A DNA stretch of 53,920 nucleotides from Ministeria vibrans ATCC 50519 (Eukaryota > Protista > Filasterea). The notes under the pieces were generated by a model. The model had not been told where the DNA came from. It made no database searches and worked only from the letters and a program-made list of their open reading frames with translations. The DNA is taken from positions 1-53,920 of the forward strand of contig CALSCP010000388.1 of assembly GCA_943704425.1 (NCBI GenBank), in the 5' to 3' direction. Position 1 is the stretch's first letter, and each line of letters starts with the position of its first letter. The translations under genes were made by a program, and so were the position numbers. Below, piece after piece: positions 1 through 13,842 of this stretch.

Positions 1-60
<60 letters not shown>

Positions 61-103
61 GAAGAAGAAGGAGGAGGAGGAATGACCCACAGTGTGGTAT
101 TAG

Positions 104-809
104 GATCGAAAATGGCTCGAGAGCGAATACTTTCATTGCGACCGATACTCCCCGTATGCGCTTGGCGGTGGCTACACGCTCAGTTACGATCTGACAGGAT
201 ACATTGCGGACGGCAGTGACTGGTTTTTGGCGTACGTTGCCGAAGACGCAGCCATGGGTGCCTGGCTAGGGCCCTTGGACATTGCATTCACCCATGACAC
301 AACGTGAGTGAATGAGAGAGATAGAGAAAGAAACAAAGTGATATATAATATATATATAGTGTGTGTGTGTGTGTGTGTGTGTGTGATAGAGAGAGAGAAA
401 CAAAGTGATAAGGGAGAGTTTGATAGAGTGAGAGTGATAGAGAGAGAAACAAAAAAGAAACAAAAGTGATGCAGAGTGCGCGGTGGTGTGAGTGCGTGTT
501 TGAAGGGAAGGAGGGATTCTCACTGGCACTTATTTGAGTAGTTATGACACGGGCGAGGCCAGTCATGGGTGCAGTGACTGGCACACGGTGACTCACAAGA
601 CTGTCGTTCCACAGTGGTTCATCGAGCGCTTTACACAGTTTGAGGCGCACAAGAGCCGCTGTGAGGCATCCGTACGCCTGAGGGCCGTCCAGTTTGACTG
701 GACTGTCTCTCAGCCCCACTGCTGTCCAATGATCTTCATGGATCAGCCCAATGAGCCACGGCGCAACATTCGTCCGCCCGAAATGCGTCGTGAAACAGAT
801 CAGTCGTAA
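104..809 (+). CDS. B3GALT6: Beta-1,3-galactosyltransferase 6-like (GT31), last two exons; 5' end lies outside the window
   Basis: Exons ~104-303 and ~542-809 splice to DRKWLESEYFHCDRYSPYALGGGYTLS...AEDAAMGAWLGPLD...YDTGEASHGCSDWHTVTHK...FDW...CC. This matches the B3GALT6 YLPYALGGGY / SEDVSLGAWL / FDTEYxSRGC / YDW..CC motifs. Confidence 0.8.
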
Positions 810-962
810 TTAGCATAATGTATAAAAAACATAATTTATTTCTTGTACATTCTTCTTGTTTGTGTGCCTTGTGCGTGCGTGACTTGTCTTTGAGTGTCTT
901 GTGACTCTCTCTGGCACCCTTCAGCGTTCTGTGAGCCGACAAGGGGCACACAAGCAGTTTCG

Positions 963-2461
<1,499 letters not shown>

Positions 2462-2671
2462 CGAAGTCCTGAACTCCTCTCAAAACAACCCTCAACCCAA
2501 AAATAACCCGCGTTTATTCCATCGCATTGATTGCATCTTCTTTCAATTTTCATTACGAAGAATAGCGTGGACTTGAGTTTCACAGAGTTTCACTTCATTT
2601 GACATTTCAGTGATTTCACTGATTCGATATTCAGACTATTCACTGATCACTCATTAGTATTTTTTGAAAAC

Positions 2672-3750
2672 ATGTCCCGTCGCTTTGACGCAGAGTTTCT
2701 GTGCCAGGCCGTCATGGACGCCGACATGGACGAAGTCAACCGCATCCTCAGCTCCAAGAAACTGCCCGTCGACGAGCCAGAGACGCGTTCAGGCGAACTC
2801 AAAACCGCCTTATACACAGTAGCGATCTGCTCTTGTCGATGATATGTGCCCCGCCCTCTCCTCTCCGCTCCCGCCGCACCCGCCGCACTCCCTCCCACGC
2901 TCAATCAGCGCACCACGCGGCGGAAATGCCTCTGAGCGTGCGTCCTGCCCGTCTCAAAGCACACGTGCGGCGCTAGCGACGAAATGCATCGCAACAGCAG
3001 AAAACAAACACACGCGAAAAAAAAAAAAAAAAAAAAAAAAAACCTTAAAAACGTTCGAAGAATCACCAGAAAGAGCGATGATAAGAGAAAATTTCTACCG
3101 ATTTTTATCGATTTCCTGGCGCACCTTTCTGCTTGCTCGTGTATCGAGTGTGCCTGTGTGGCGATGCAGCGTCGAGCGCACTTGTTTCTCGCGGTGGTTT
3201 TTGTTCTAGCGCAGTGCACTGAATTTTTCTTCTTTTTTTGTACCAAGGCAGTCACGTTTGGACATGTTGAGCTTGTGCAGACGCTCCTCAAGGAGGGCGC
3301 CGATCCGAACAAAGAGTGTGGTGGCAGTTTGCACTGGTCGCCCATCCACAGAGCTGTTTGGAATGTCGTACGTTGCGCAAACGTCACTTCACAGCGACAT
3401 CGAAACCGCGGTTGTTTATCTCTGTCTCTAGGACAAATGCCGAAGCAAGAAAAACCCCACAGTCATCTTCGAGATGCTCCTGGCCAAGGGCGCCAATATT
3501 TTTGCGCTGACCGATACGCGGGAGACCCCTTACATGCTTGCAAAGCGCAAGCGCGCAGAACTCGGGTACGCAGACCTTGTTTTTCGGTACTGTCTCTCAC
3601 ACATGGATGTGTGTGTGGTGCGTTTCTTGCTGCTTTAGTGATTCAGAGAAGGAGCAAGCAACGCGAGAGACGCTGGATCGGATTATTGTGCTTCTGAAGG
3701 AGCGCAGAGGCGATCTGAAACCCGACTCAGGCAAATGTATGATTCAATAA
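2672..3750 (+). CDS. Small ankyrin-repeat protein with C-terminal CaaX box (CMIQ)
   Basis: 4 exons: ...KTALYT|AVTFGHVELVQTLLKEGADPN...SPIHRAV...EMLLAKGANIFALTDTRETPYMLA...GKCMIQ*. Ankyrin TPLHxA / GAD(P)N-type motifs are present. Confidence 0.8.
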
Positions 3751-3881
3751 ACAATAGTAGACCACAACAAAGGAAAAATTATATCCTTTCCTTTATAACG
3801 ATGATAATTAATAATAATAGGGGAGGTTGTGTTTTAAATTAAGAAAAGGTTCACTCTCAAAAGAAAGAAATAAAGAAGAAG

Positions 3882-6800
3882 CTACTTCGCAGCCTGAAGG
3901 GCACTGACCCAAACGGCAGCCTCCTCGGGAGTGGATGCGTAGAAGAAGAAGGCGTTGACAACGTCCTTGCCGATCACCTGGAGTGGGATGGGATGGAAAT
4001 GCGGAATAATTAGATGTTGCGTGTCGTGGGCATGAAAACAATTGAAATATTTTCCCTAACCTTGAAGTTGTTGCGGATAAACTTGCCGAGCTCCTCAACG
4101 TTCGCCTCGACATTGGTGACTTGGCACTGGCCCTGCGCCTCCTTGGTCTGGTCCGACTTGAACCACGACAGCGTGGTGCCGTTGAGCACGCACCATCGTC
4201 GCTTCCAGTCGCGGCCCTCCTTCTTCTTGCCGAGCCAACTATGGGATGAAGAAAATCAGTCAGTCTCACACACTTGGGTGTGTGCCCTTTTTTGTTTTCC
4301 TTACCCCTTGACAACACCAGCGTCGCTAGTGAGGGCAGCTGCGGCTGCCGCACCAGCCTCACTTGACGTCTTCGACGTGGCCGGCACAAACGACTTGCGG
4401 GAACCAGCAACGGCCATGGACTCATCACCAAGGTCGTGGTCGTCGGCGTCACCTTCGGCACCGCCAGCAGCGGCGCTGCTGGCAGCACTGTTACCAGAGT
4501 CCTTGGATACCTTGGCCTTCTCTGCCTCGGCAAGACGCGCTGCTGCCTTGGCCTGGATGCCCGCGGCAAGGGCACTCTTCCACGTGTTCACTTCAGTCTC
4601 GCTCTTGGACGCAAAGTAGTACAGTGTGCCTGAAATGGTCGCAATCACACGGAAGCAGTTGGGGATCCACGGACCAAGCTCGTCCGATGCATCCTCAATG
4701 GTCTCAACTGTCACGACGCCAAGAGGCTAAATCGGCACAAAGAGAATGAGGAAGACGAACAAAAAAAGGAAGAAAGAAGAATCCAAGTGATGAGAGTAAG
4801 TGTGAGTGACAGCGAGACAGTACCTTCTTGGAGTCCTCCTTGGCAAAGTAACGCAGAAAGTCACCGTCGTACGTGACCCAGCGACGCTTCCAGCTACGGC
4901 CCTTCTTCATCTTGCCAAGGTAGCCCGAAATGTTGATGTTGATCTCACCCTGAGGCGAAGTGTCACTATCAAGAGAAGAGAAAACAAAAAAGAAAACGGT
5001 GAGAAAAAGACGTACAACAGTATTGTGTGCGACTGTATGTACCCAGCAGGGGACTCATCGGCATCGGCAGCGGCCACGGAGCCGGGCATAGGCTCGTCAA
5101 AGACTGCGCATGACTTGGCGCGGTTCTTGAGCTTCTTCTTGTTAGACGTGGGCGCAGCCATCTCTGCCACTGTGTCCTCTTCTTCGTCTTCAACCGCCGC
5201 AGACTGCGACAGAAAAAAAAAAAAGTTAGTGACGCAACCGTTTTTACTCTCTTCTCGCTTGATACATGGTCGACATTCTCAGGAGCGCCTACAACATCGG
5301 CGTTCTCGGACACGACGGTGTTAGTGGCCTCGGATGTTGCTGTCTCTTTAGCAGCAGTCTCGGAGGCGGCAGAGGCCTTGGCACCCTCGGTCGCAGCCTT
5401 CTTCTTGGCCTTCTCCGCCTCGACCTGTGTGCGTGTGGCACCCGCCGACAGGGCAGCGAGCCACTTCTTGCAGTCTGAGTCGTTGCGCGCCGCAAAGTAC
5501 ACCCACTGTTCCGAGTCGGTGTGCTTCACCTTGAAGCTGTACGGCTCAAACTGACCGAGGTCGTTCATGGCCGGTGCAATCTCCGTCACCTTGAACTCGC
5601 CAAGCTGCTCGTCGGCACTGGGGCCCAGAAAGCAAGAGAGTGTGGAGCCATCAAACTTGCACCAACGGCGCACCCACGACTTCATCGCAAGGAAGGCAAG
5701 GTATCCACGGAGGTTCACCTGGATCGACGTGACCGCGTCCGCGTCTTTATCCGAGCCAAGCGCCTCGGGCAATGGCATGACCACATCGTCACCCTCGTCG
5801 TCCGACCCATTGGCATCCTTGGTCTCAGGCTCCGCAGCGGCAGCCTCCTCTGCTTCCTCGTCTTCGTCGTCGTGGTCAACCTCGCCTTGGGCACGCGCGG
5901 CCTCTTCGCGAGCCTCTGTAACCTCAGCGGTCTCGTGTGTGTCCTCCTCCGTCGCGGCCTCCTCAGCAGCAGGAGTAGCCTCCGCAGCTGCTTCTTCTTC
6001 AGCAGCAGCAGGAGCAGGAGTAGCCTCCTCAGCGGCGGCAGGAGCAGGTGCAGCAGCCTCCTCAGCGGCGGGAGCGGCAGCCTCTTCGGCAGCAGCGGCA
6101 GCCTCTTCGGCAGCAGCGGCGGGGGCGGCAGCCTCTTCGGCAGCAGCAGCGGGAGCGGCAGGCTCTTCGGCAGCAGCAGCGGGAGCAGCGGGCTCACCCG
6201 TCGCAACGGCGGTGGGACGCTCAGCAACGGGAGCACCCACATCAGTCTTGAGCACTGACCACCACTGATCAAACTCCTCGGCTGTGCCGGCCGCAAAGAA
6301 GAACCACGTCTTCGTCGCACTGTCCTGAACCTTGAAGTTGTTAGGAATGTACTTGCCAACTTCTTCGGTGGCATCGCCCCACGCTTCGACGGTAATTGAG
6401 CCCTACACACAAACATGATACTAAATTATTACAAAAATATTATTATTATTATTATTATTATGATTTCAAAAAATTGTGACAAAAAAAAGAGCGGTAAAGA
6501 GATAGGAGGAAGTCAAGGCAGGCTAGGCAGCCGGATAACAAGACATGTGTAATGTAAATCGTGCGCGCGCAAGCATCGGTGCTCCCGCACAAACGACAGG
6601 ACAAACTCCCGAAAAATGTGCAGAAACCATTCAAAAAAAAAAAACTCGCAATGTCATCCGAAAACACTGAAAGATGCTTCGCTGCGACCGTTGCGGTGGC
6701 TCACAAAGTAATACAATGCTTTAACACCTCGGTTGCGTGTGATACATGGCAGAAAAGCGTCTCATAAACGGCAAGAGAGAAGAAAGGAAAAAAAAAAGCA

Positions 6801-7262
6801 CAAAAGCAAAAAAAAAAAAGTTGCATAGGGAGACAAAAAACGGAGTTTGAGGGAGAGAAGGAGAGCGGAGACGATGGGACGGTGGATGTGGGGCATGGGT
6901 GCATGGGAGGGAGTTGCGAATGGCGCCAACGGGAGGCGTTTTGGGCAGTGCCGGCAAACAGACAAACAGTGGTAAGCATATGGCAAACAATGTGAAAAAA
7001 AAAAAAAAAANNNNNNNNNNAAAAAAAAAAAAAAAGAAAGGAAAAGAGAGAGAAGTGGGCGACGTCGTGGGGATGGCAGCTGGAGGAGGGAGACGGGGTG
7101 GCGTTGGCGGGGTGGAGGGGGCGGACAGGGGCGTACCAGAGGCTTGTTTGTGGAATTGGCATCTTTGTAGTACGAGAGGACTTTGTCCTCGAGCACACAC
7201 CAGCGGCGCTTCCAGTTGCGCCCCGCCTTCATTTTGATCAAGTTGCCACTGTGCTTTCCCAT
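3882..7262 (-). CDS. Protein with four PH domains and an Ala/Glu/Pro-rich linker
   Basis: Four copies of GxLx(K)...WK/VRRW...W..AL: MGKHSGNLIKMKAGRNWKRRWCVL, GYLAFLAMKSWVRRWCKF, GYLGKMKKGRSWKRRWVTY and GWLGKKKEGRDWKRRWCVL...AVWVSALQAAK*. Stop at 3882-3884. Confidence 0.85.
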
Positions 7263-8055
7263 GGTGATACGTGTGACGACGCGTGAGTGTATAGGGAGTG
7301 GAGTTCAGGAGAAAAAGTGTTAAACGAGTTAAAGTGTTGAGTGGTTCAAATGACTCATCATTCACTGATCATAAACTCACTCACTCAGTCAGACAGTCAC
7401 TCTTTTTTGCTTGCGAGGTAATACCTTTGAACGGTGTGTTTTGGGTGTTGCATTGTAGTGCGGCGCGTGTAGGCGCAAGTGTCTTGGAGTGGCAGAAAAC
7501 AGAAACCGGCATTTTTTTCGTTCGCGATTCTTTCCTCTGTGTCGTCTCGGCTCATCCAAGGCGTATCTTGGCCTTTTTTTGGTGCAATCGGGTCCTTCTA
7601 CTGGCCATTGCCACTGCCCCGCCGCGTCCGGGCCCGCAGCGGTGCTCTATCGTTCCCTGGCACGTGTCCAATGTGGCGAAATTTCATTGGCTCGTCTTCG
7701 CTTTGAATTTCCTCGCACAGCTATGCTCCGCCAAGGGCCCACACAGCCTGTGCACGCTTTACTCTCTCTGATGAACGCCCTCTAGCGGACAGTCGTGTAG
7801 TGTTTTTTTTCTTTTTTTTTCTTTTTATTTTCTTTATTATCGTTTTTCCATTCTAAGAGAAATCAGTCCGACTGTGGTTTGCCGGTCCGTCTCGTCCGTC
7901 GTATGCAAAGTAGTGGTCTTGAGGCGCAATAGTGCGACGTGTGACTTGGTGTTATATTCCATATAATCACAGTCATATTATTTAATTATTAGTTATAATA
8001 TCTTTTCACTCATCGTGTCATCCTCTTGTTCCACGTAGACCTGTGTTCAACAACG

Positions 8056-9209
8056 ATGAAGACCACAATTGTTCTTCTCGCCGCTATGGCATGCGCCGTG
8101 TTCGCCGAGGTTCACTTTAAGGAGACCTTTGATGGTAAATAAGACAAAGTAAATAGTGCGTCTCACCTCTCATCGACATAAATTGTCATGATTGTGTGAT
8201 GTAGAGGGATGGGAGAGCCGCTGGGTGAAGTCTACCGGCAAGGGAGCCGACCAAGGGCCCTGGAAGTGGACGGCCGGCAAGTGGTACGGCGATGCCGAGG
8301 CCGACAAGGGTATTCAGACGGGCCAGGACGCCAAGTTTTACGACATTTCCGCCAAGTTTGACGAGTTCTCCAACGAGGGCAAGGATCTTGTGATCCAGTT
8401 CCAGATTAAGCACGAGCAGACCATCGACTGCGGTGGTGGTTACGTCAAGGTACGCGACATGATCAGTCCTGGTGATAGCAGTTCTAACCTTTTTTTTTCC
8501 CGTGTTTGTGCGTGTGTGTGTGTGTTTGTAGGTGTTCCCCGCTGGTTTCGAGCAGGAGAAGATGGTTGGTGATACTCCCTACAACATTATGTTTGGCCCC
8601 GATATTTGCGGACCGGGCACCAAGAAGGTAATGTGGAGAAGAAAGAAGGAGAGAAGGAGGTATTGATTTTTTTTTTTTTTGGGGGGGGGGGGNNNNNNNN
8701 NNAGAGAGAAAGGAGGGAGGGAGAAAACACAAGAAAGGAATCAACAATTGAAGCAGAGAAAGAGAGAAAGGTAGGTGCACGTCATTTTCACGTACAAGGG
8801 CCAGAACCTTTTGATCAAGAAGGAGATTCGCTGCAAGGACGACGACCTGTCGCACGTGTACACGCTTGTTGTGCACGCTGACAACACGTACGAGGTGCTC
8901 ATTGACAACGAGAAGGTCGAGAGCGGCGAGCTTGCTGCCGACTGGGACTTCCTCAAGCCCAAGGAGATCAACGACCCCAACGCCAGCAAGCCCGCTGACT
9001 GGGTTGACGAGAAGCAGATGTAAGATCAATTCTATTTGCTATTTGTGTGGGACTAATAATTAATTTTGTGTCTGTGCATAGCCCCGACGAGACCGATGTC
9101 AAGCCCGCTGACTGGGATGTCCCTGAGTTTATTGTTGACCCTGAGGCCACCAAGCCCGAGGACTGGGACGACGAGATGGACGGCGAATGGGGTAAGAAGA
9201 ACACACAAC

Positions 9210-9298
<89 letters not shown>

Positions 9299-9816
9299 GG
9301 AGAAAGAAACAAAGTGATAGAGAGAGAGAAGAAAGAAACAAAAGGGATGGAAAGAGGCAACAAATATTGACTCTTCTTGTGTTGTGTGTGTGTGCAGAGG
9401 CTCCTCAGGTGACCAACCCGGCGTACAAGGGCGAGTGGAAGCCCAAGATGATTGACAACCCGGCTTACAAGGGCGAGTGGGTGCACCCGCAGGTGCCCAA
9501 CCCCGAGTACGAGGCTGACGACTCGCTGTACAAGTACTCGTCGTTTGGCGGCATTGGTATTGATGTGTGGCAGGTCAAGAGTGGCACCATCTTCGACAAC
9601 GTCTTTATTGGCGACGACGCCGCCGCTGCTAAGGAGTTTGCTGCTTCCACATGGGGCGCCAACCACGAGGCAGAGAAGGCCATGAAGACCAAGCTCAAGG
9701 AGGCGGAGGCAGAGGCTGCCGAGGCCAAGCGCAAGGCCGAGGAGGAGGCGGCCAAGGCCCAGGAGGCGACCGAGGAGGAGGAGGAGGAGGATGCCGAGGA
9801 GAAGGACGAGCTTTAA
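8056..9816 (+). CDS. CALR: Calreticulin
   Basis: Signal peptide [41 protein letters not shown]-domain repeats (KPADWD / [23 protein letters not shown]), [10 protein letters not shown], acidic tail ending KDEL*. Confidence 0.97.
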
Positions 9817-9910
9817 GCAAGTGCAAAAGTACATCCCCACTTATCCCTTTCTTTTTATGATTCGTCTTGTGTGAATATCATATTTTTATTCATTATTATT
9901 GTCTGGTCTG

Positions 9911-11934
9911 TTACATGAGTCGCATGCGCAAGTCAAGCTCGTCCGCGGGGGTCTGTAGTTGCGCTTGTGCGTCGTAGTGTGCTCGTGCAATTGCACTGTA
10001 CTCTGCCCTTATGCTCTGCAGTGACTCGAGTGACTCGTCAAACTCAGATGCGTCCATTTCCTGTGTGTAATGATGAACATGCGCCTAAAAAGCAAAGTAA
10101 AACAGGGAATGTACAAACGTGTTGCTATCAAATGAAATGTATCGAACCTTTCTTCTGTACAACTTCATAAAGCGGTTCTCCAACGCACCAAATGTGTCGG
10201 TAATACAACAGTTGTTACTCAATGTTAACAACGAGTGTTGCTACACCAAAAGAGAGACAAAGAGGATAAAATATGATGTATGTTGTATGTGCGTGGGAGT
10301 TTAGCGCGATGTTCTCCGTACGTGTGCAATAGGGGGGACTGCACACAAACCGGTCTTCCAGCCCTGATGATTCCAATGCACAAACTGCAGAGAAGGTCGC
10401 AGTCGCTCGATGTTTCGTCGGACATCCGACAGAGAGACTTGTCCACGGACAAACAGACCACACGCGAGATATCTAATGACAATTATGGATAATACAGGGT
10501 GTGTGTTTATGAGTGCGTGAATGAGATCTCACTAGTATCTCTCATACAGTGATCCTTTGGGGTTCGCTTTGATGAGCTGATGATCGCGCGAAAATGCATC
10601 AGTGAACATTTGATCCAATCTGACAAAGTGAATGAATTGGAGAGTGAAGAATGGGAGCATGTTGCTACCTTCGAGACGGGATGTGTGCGTCGAGGAGAGC
10701 GTAGAGGGGTGTCTGAGCCGCAACCAGATAGTGCAGTCGCGGGAAGGGCACCAAATTCATAGTAATCTCGTTGAGATCGACATTGAGAGCGCCGGAGAAA
10801 CGAGACGAGCTATAATAAAGAATTATTATTACTATTATTATTAATTGTGTGTATGTGTGTGTGTGTGTGTCGGAGAAAATGAGTGGTTGTGTGTAATATG
10901 TGAAATAAAAAAAATAAAAAGTGAGTGCACGCCACTAAATAATACAAAAATCATACTAATACAATAAGCAGCACGATGGATGAAACAAGAGAGAGTATAT
11001 TATAATAAGTATTATGTGTGTGTGACCTTGTGAGGTTGAGCAGCAGGTGTGCGACAATGTTGTTCATGTCGTCGTACGGTCGGGGAGCGCTCTGACTGCC
11101 GCTCAATGCACTCTCACAACGCACTGTAAATCGGTTGGTTATGATTATTAGTGTTATTATTGTGTTCTTATTGCATTGTATAGCATGCTGTGTTCGTGCT
11201 AGTACCTTTGTCTTTGCGTTCTTTGGGCTTTGCCGTCTCAATCTTCGCACAAATATCAATAAGAGCCTTAGAAAACAAATTATGACGAAGAGAGAAAAAG
11301 AAAGAATAAGAAACGAGCGAGAGAGAAAAAGATGAAAAAAGATAAACCTGATTTTCAACGGGCAATACACAGTCAGCGTGTTCAGTGAGACGACGCAACG
11401 CTAACACTGAGTTGTATGGAGAGGTAATAACATCGTCGTCTGAAGGGGAGCAAGGAGAGGGGGGTTATAATGTGCGCACTCTCGCTCTCTCTCTGTCGTA
11501 TATATGTATGTGTGTGTGTGTGTGTGCGTGCGTCCGAGTGATTACCTTCAGAGGGAAACACGCACGTTGTAAAGCGGTAGACGTCCGGAAACTCATCTTC
11601 AAGCAGCTCCAAAACGGACGTGCCCACTCCCGACCTACCACAAAACAAACACACACCATTCAGCAACATACCTCCCAAAACAACAGTGTGACAGTGTGAT
11701 TCTCTCTCTCTATCACTTTGTTTCTTTCTTCCTCTCTCTCTATCACTTTGTTTCTTTCTTCCTCTCTCTCTGACTCATACCCGGTTCCTCCACCCATTGA
11801 ATGTAACATAAAGAAAGACTGGAGGCAGTCACAATGCTCGGCGGCCTGTCGCAGCTGCTCCAGTATCGCATCGTGGTACTGCACTCCATACACCTGCAAA
11901 AGAAACACACACACACGCAGAGAAAGAGAAAGAA

Positions 11935-12030
<96 letters not shown>

Positions 12031-12838
12031 GAGAAACAAAGTGACAGAGAGAGAGAACAGATAGAGAGAGAGAACAAAGTGATATCGAGTGAAAACAAAA
12101 ACAAAAACAACACGAGTCAATACCATTATACTATACAGATATACTGGTCTGGCTACCTCGTGCCCAACGGCCCAATTGTTGCCAGAGCCAGACACGTCTG
12201 TGATCAACTGTCGCTCATCAAACACTTCGCCCAGTGGCCCTGTGAAACGGATGTCGTTGTGGTATGAGTGGTGCAGTAAGTAAGACTGACGGTGGTGTAC
12301 CGGCGAGTACGTCGTTGACAACGCTTTCTTCCATGTCAATGAGCACTGCACGCGCCTGTCAAACGAAAACACACACACACACACACAGACAGACAGACAA
12401 ACAGACAGACACACATAATATACACACACATACAAACACACACAATACACACACACATAAGGTGAGTGTTATGACTCAAGTTGATCAGTGCAAACCTTGA
12501 GCGTTCGTGCTTTACGACCCACTGCAATGTCTCCACCGCCACCTTCATATCGCGTGTCCACCTGGAAAGCGGCTATAACGCGTCAACAACCGACCACAGA
12601 CTCTCATTCACATCGGTAATAACACAGTGCGTACGTTGCGAAAAAACGAACTTAGTGCGTCGTCGTAGATTCCTTTGCGATTCTGCTCCGCGTGCTCGCG
12701 CAAGGCCAGGTCCCAAAACCTACATCCTATCTGATTCCCGCTTTGGCCCACTGCAGAAGGATACGACAGTTCACTGAGTGATCCAATGTGAAATTCTGAC
12801 GTGAAGGACAAACCTTGAATGAAAATACTCTGCGTCAT
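9911..12838 (-). CDS. TUBE1: Epsilon-tubulin
   Basis: MTQSIFIQ|VGQSGNQIGCRFWDLALREHA, ARAVLIDMEE, DVSGSGNNWAVGH, HSMGGGTG|SG, ADCVLPVENQ, and last exon AHVHHYTQEM...LRMRLM* (TAA at 9911-9913). Confidence 0.93.
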
Positions 12839-13003
12839 AGAGCAAAGAGTTGCTTTATCTCAGTGCGTCCTCACCGCGCTGTCGAGTCAAAGACGACCAA
12901 TGTAAAATTGTAAATTAGTTTTGATTTCAAATGCGAACTAACTTATTTTGATCGCACCATATAAATACTTTTTAGTAGACCTTGAGCTAAACAGCAGTAC
13001 AGC

Positions 13004-13776
13004 ATGCAGGTAGTGACGGAAACGGCAAACGAGCTGACGCAAGAGCTGGATCTGGCGGACGCGGACGGTATCCTGCGCTTGCTGCGACAGGCCGACGCTC
13101 AGATCTGGGCAGGCTGGCGTGAGTATCCCGGCCTCATGGACCCGCCAAACCTGGCGACGTGTGCGGCCGTGAGCGAGGTGGGAAGAAGAAGACATTGTGT
13201 TTGCCAAACACACACACACACACACACACTCACAAATCTCTCTCTCTCTCTCTCACTCACTCACTCCTCTCTCTCACTCACTCCTCTCTCTCTCTCACTC
13301 ACTCTCTCCAGCTTGCTGGTCGCCTTGTCCAAGACAACATTGCTGCGGGACGCGCGAAGAACATGATTGTCTTCAGTGGCTGTGGCACCAGTGGTCGTGT
13401 CGTAAGGACACACTCACCGTAGCACTTCCAACTATCGTCCTACTTAGGGTTGGCTGTGCGCCCGAACTTACAACCAACTGTTGCGCTCGCACGGACACCC
13501 CGAGTGTTTTCGATATCTTCTCTCAGGTGGCGATGATGCCATTGTGCTAAGCATTGAACTTCCCGAAGACAGCCCCTCATTGGGTATCAAACGGAGAGAG
13601 AGTGTGTGTGTGTGTGAATGAAACAAACACTGTTTTGTTTCTTAGGTGTGCGCGAGTTTCAAGAAATCAGTCGAGACGCAGAGCACGTCATGGTACGCGT
13701 TATATTGGAAGAAAGCAAAGCATATATAAACGATATAATTATTATATGTGTATGTTGTGTGTGTTTACGTGGTCTG

Positions 13777-13842
<66 letters not shown>

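Noticed and set aside
5521-6416. Long overlapping antisense and off-frame ORFs, also seen in the EGF, SBF and MetRS genes
   Set aside because: Shadows of GC-rich or repetitive coding sequence; no independent motifs.
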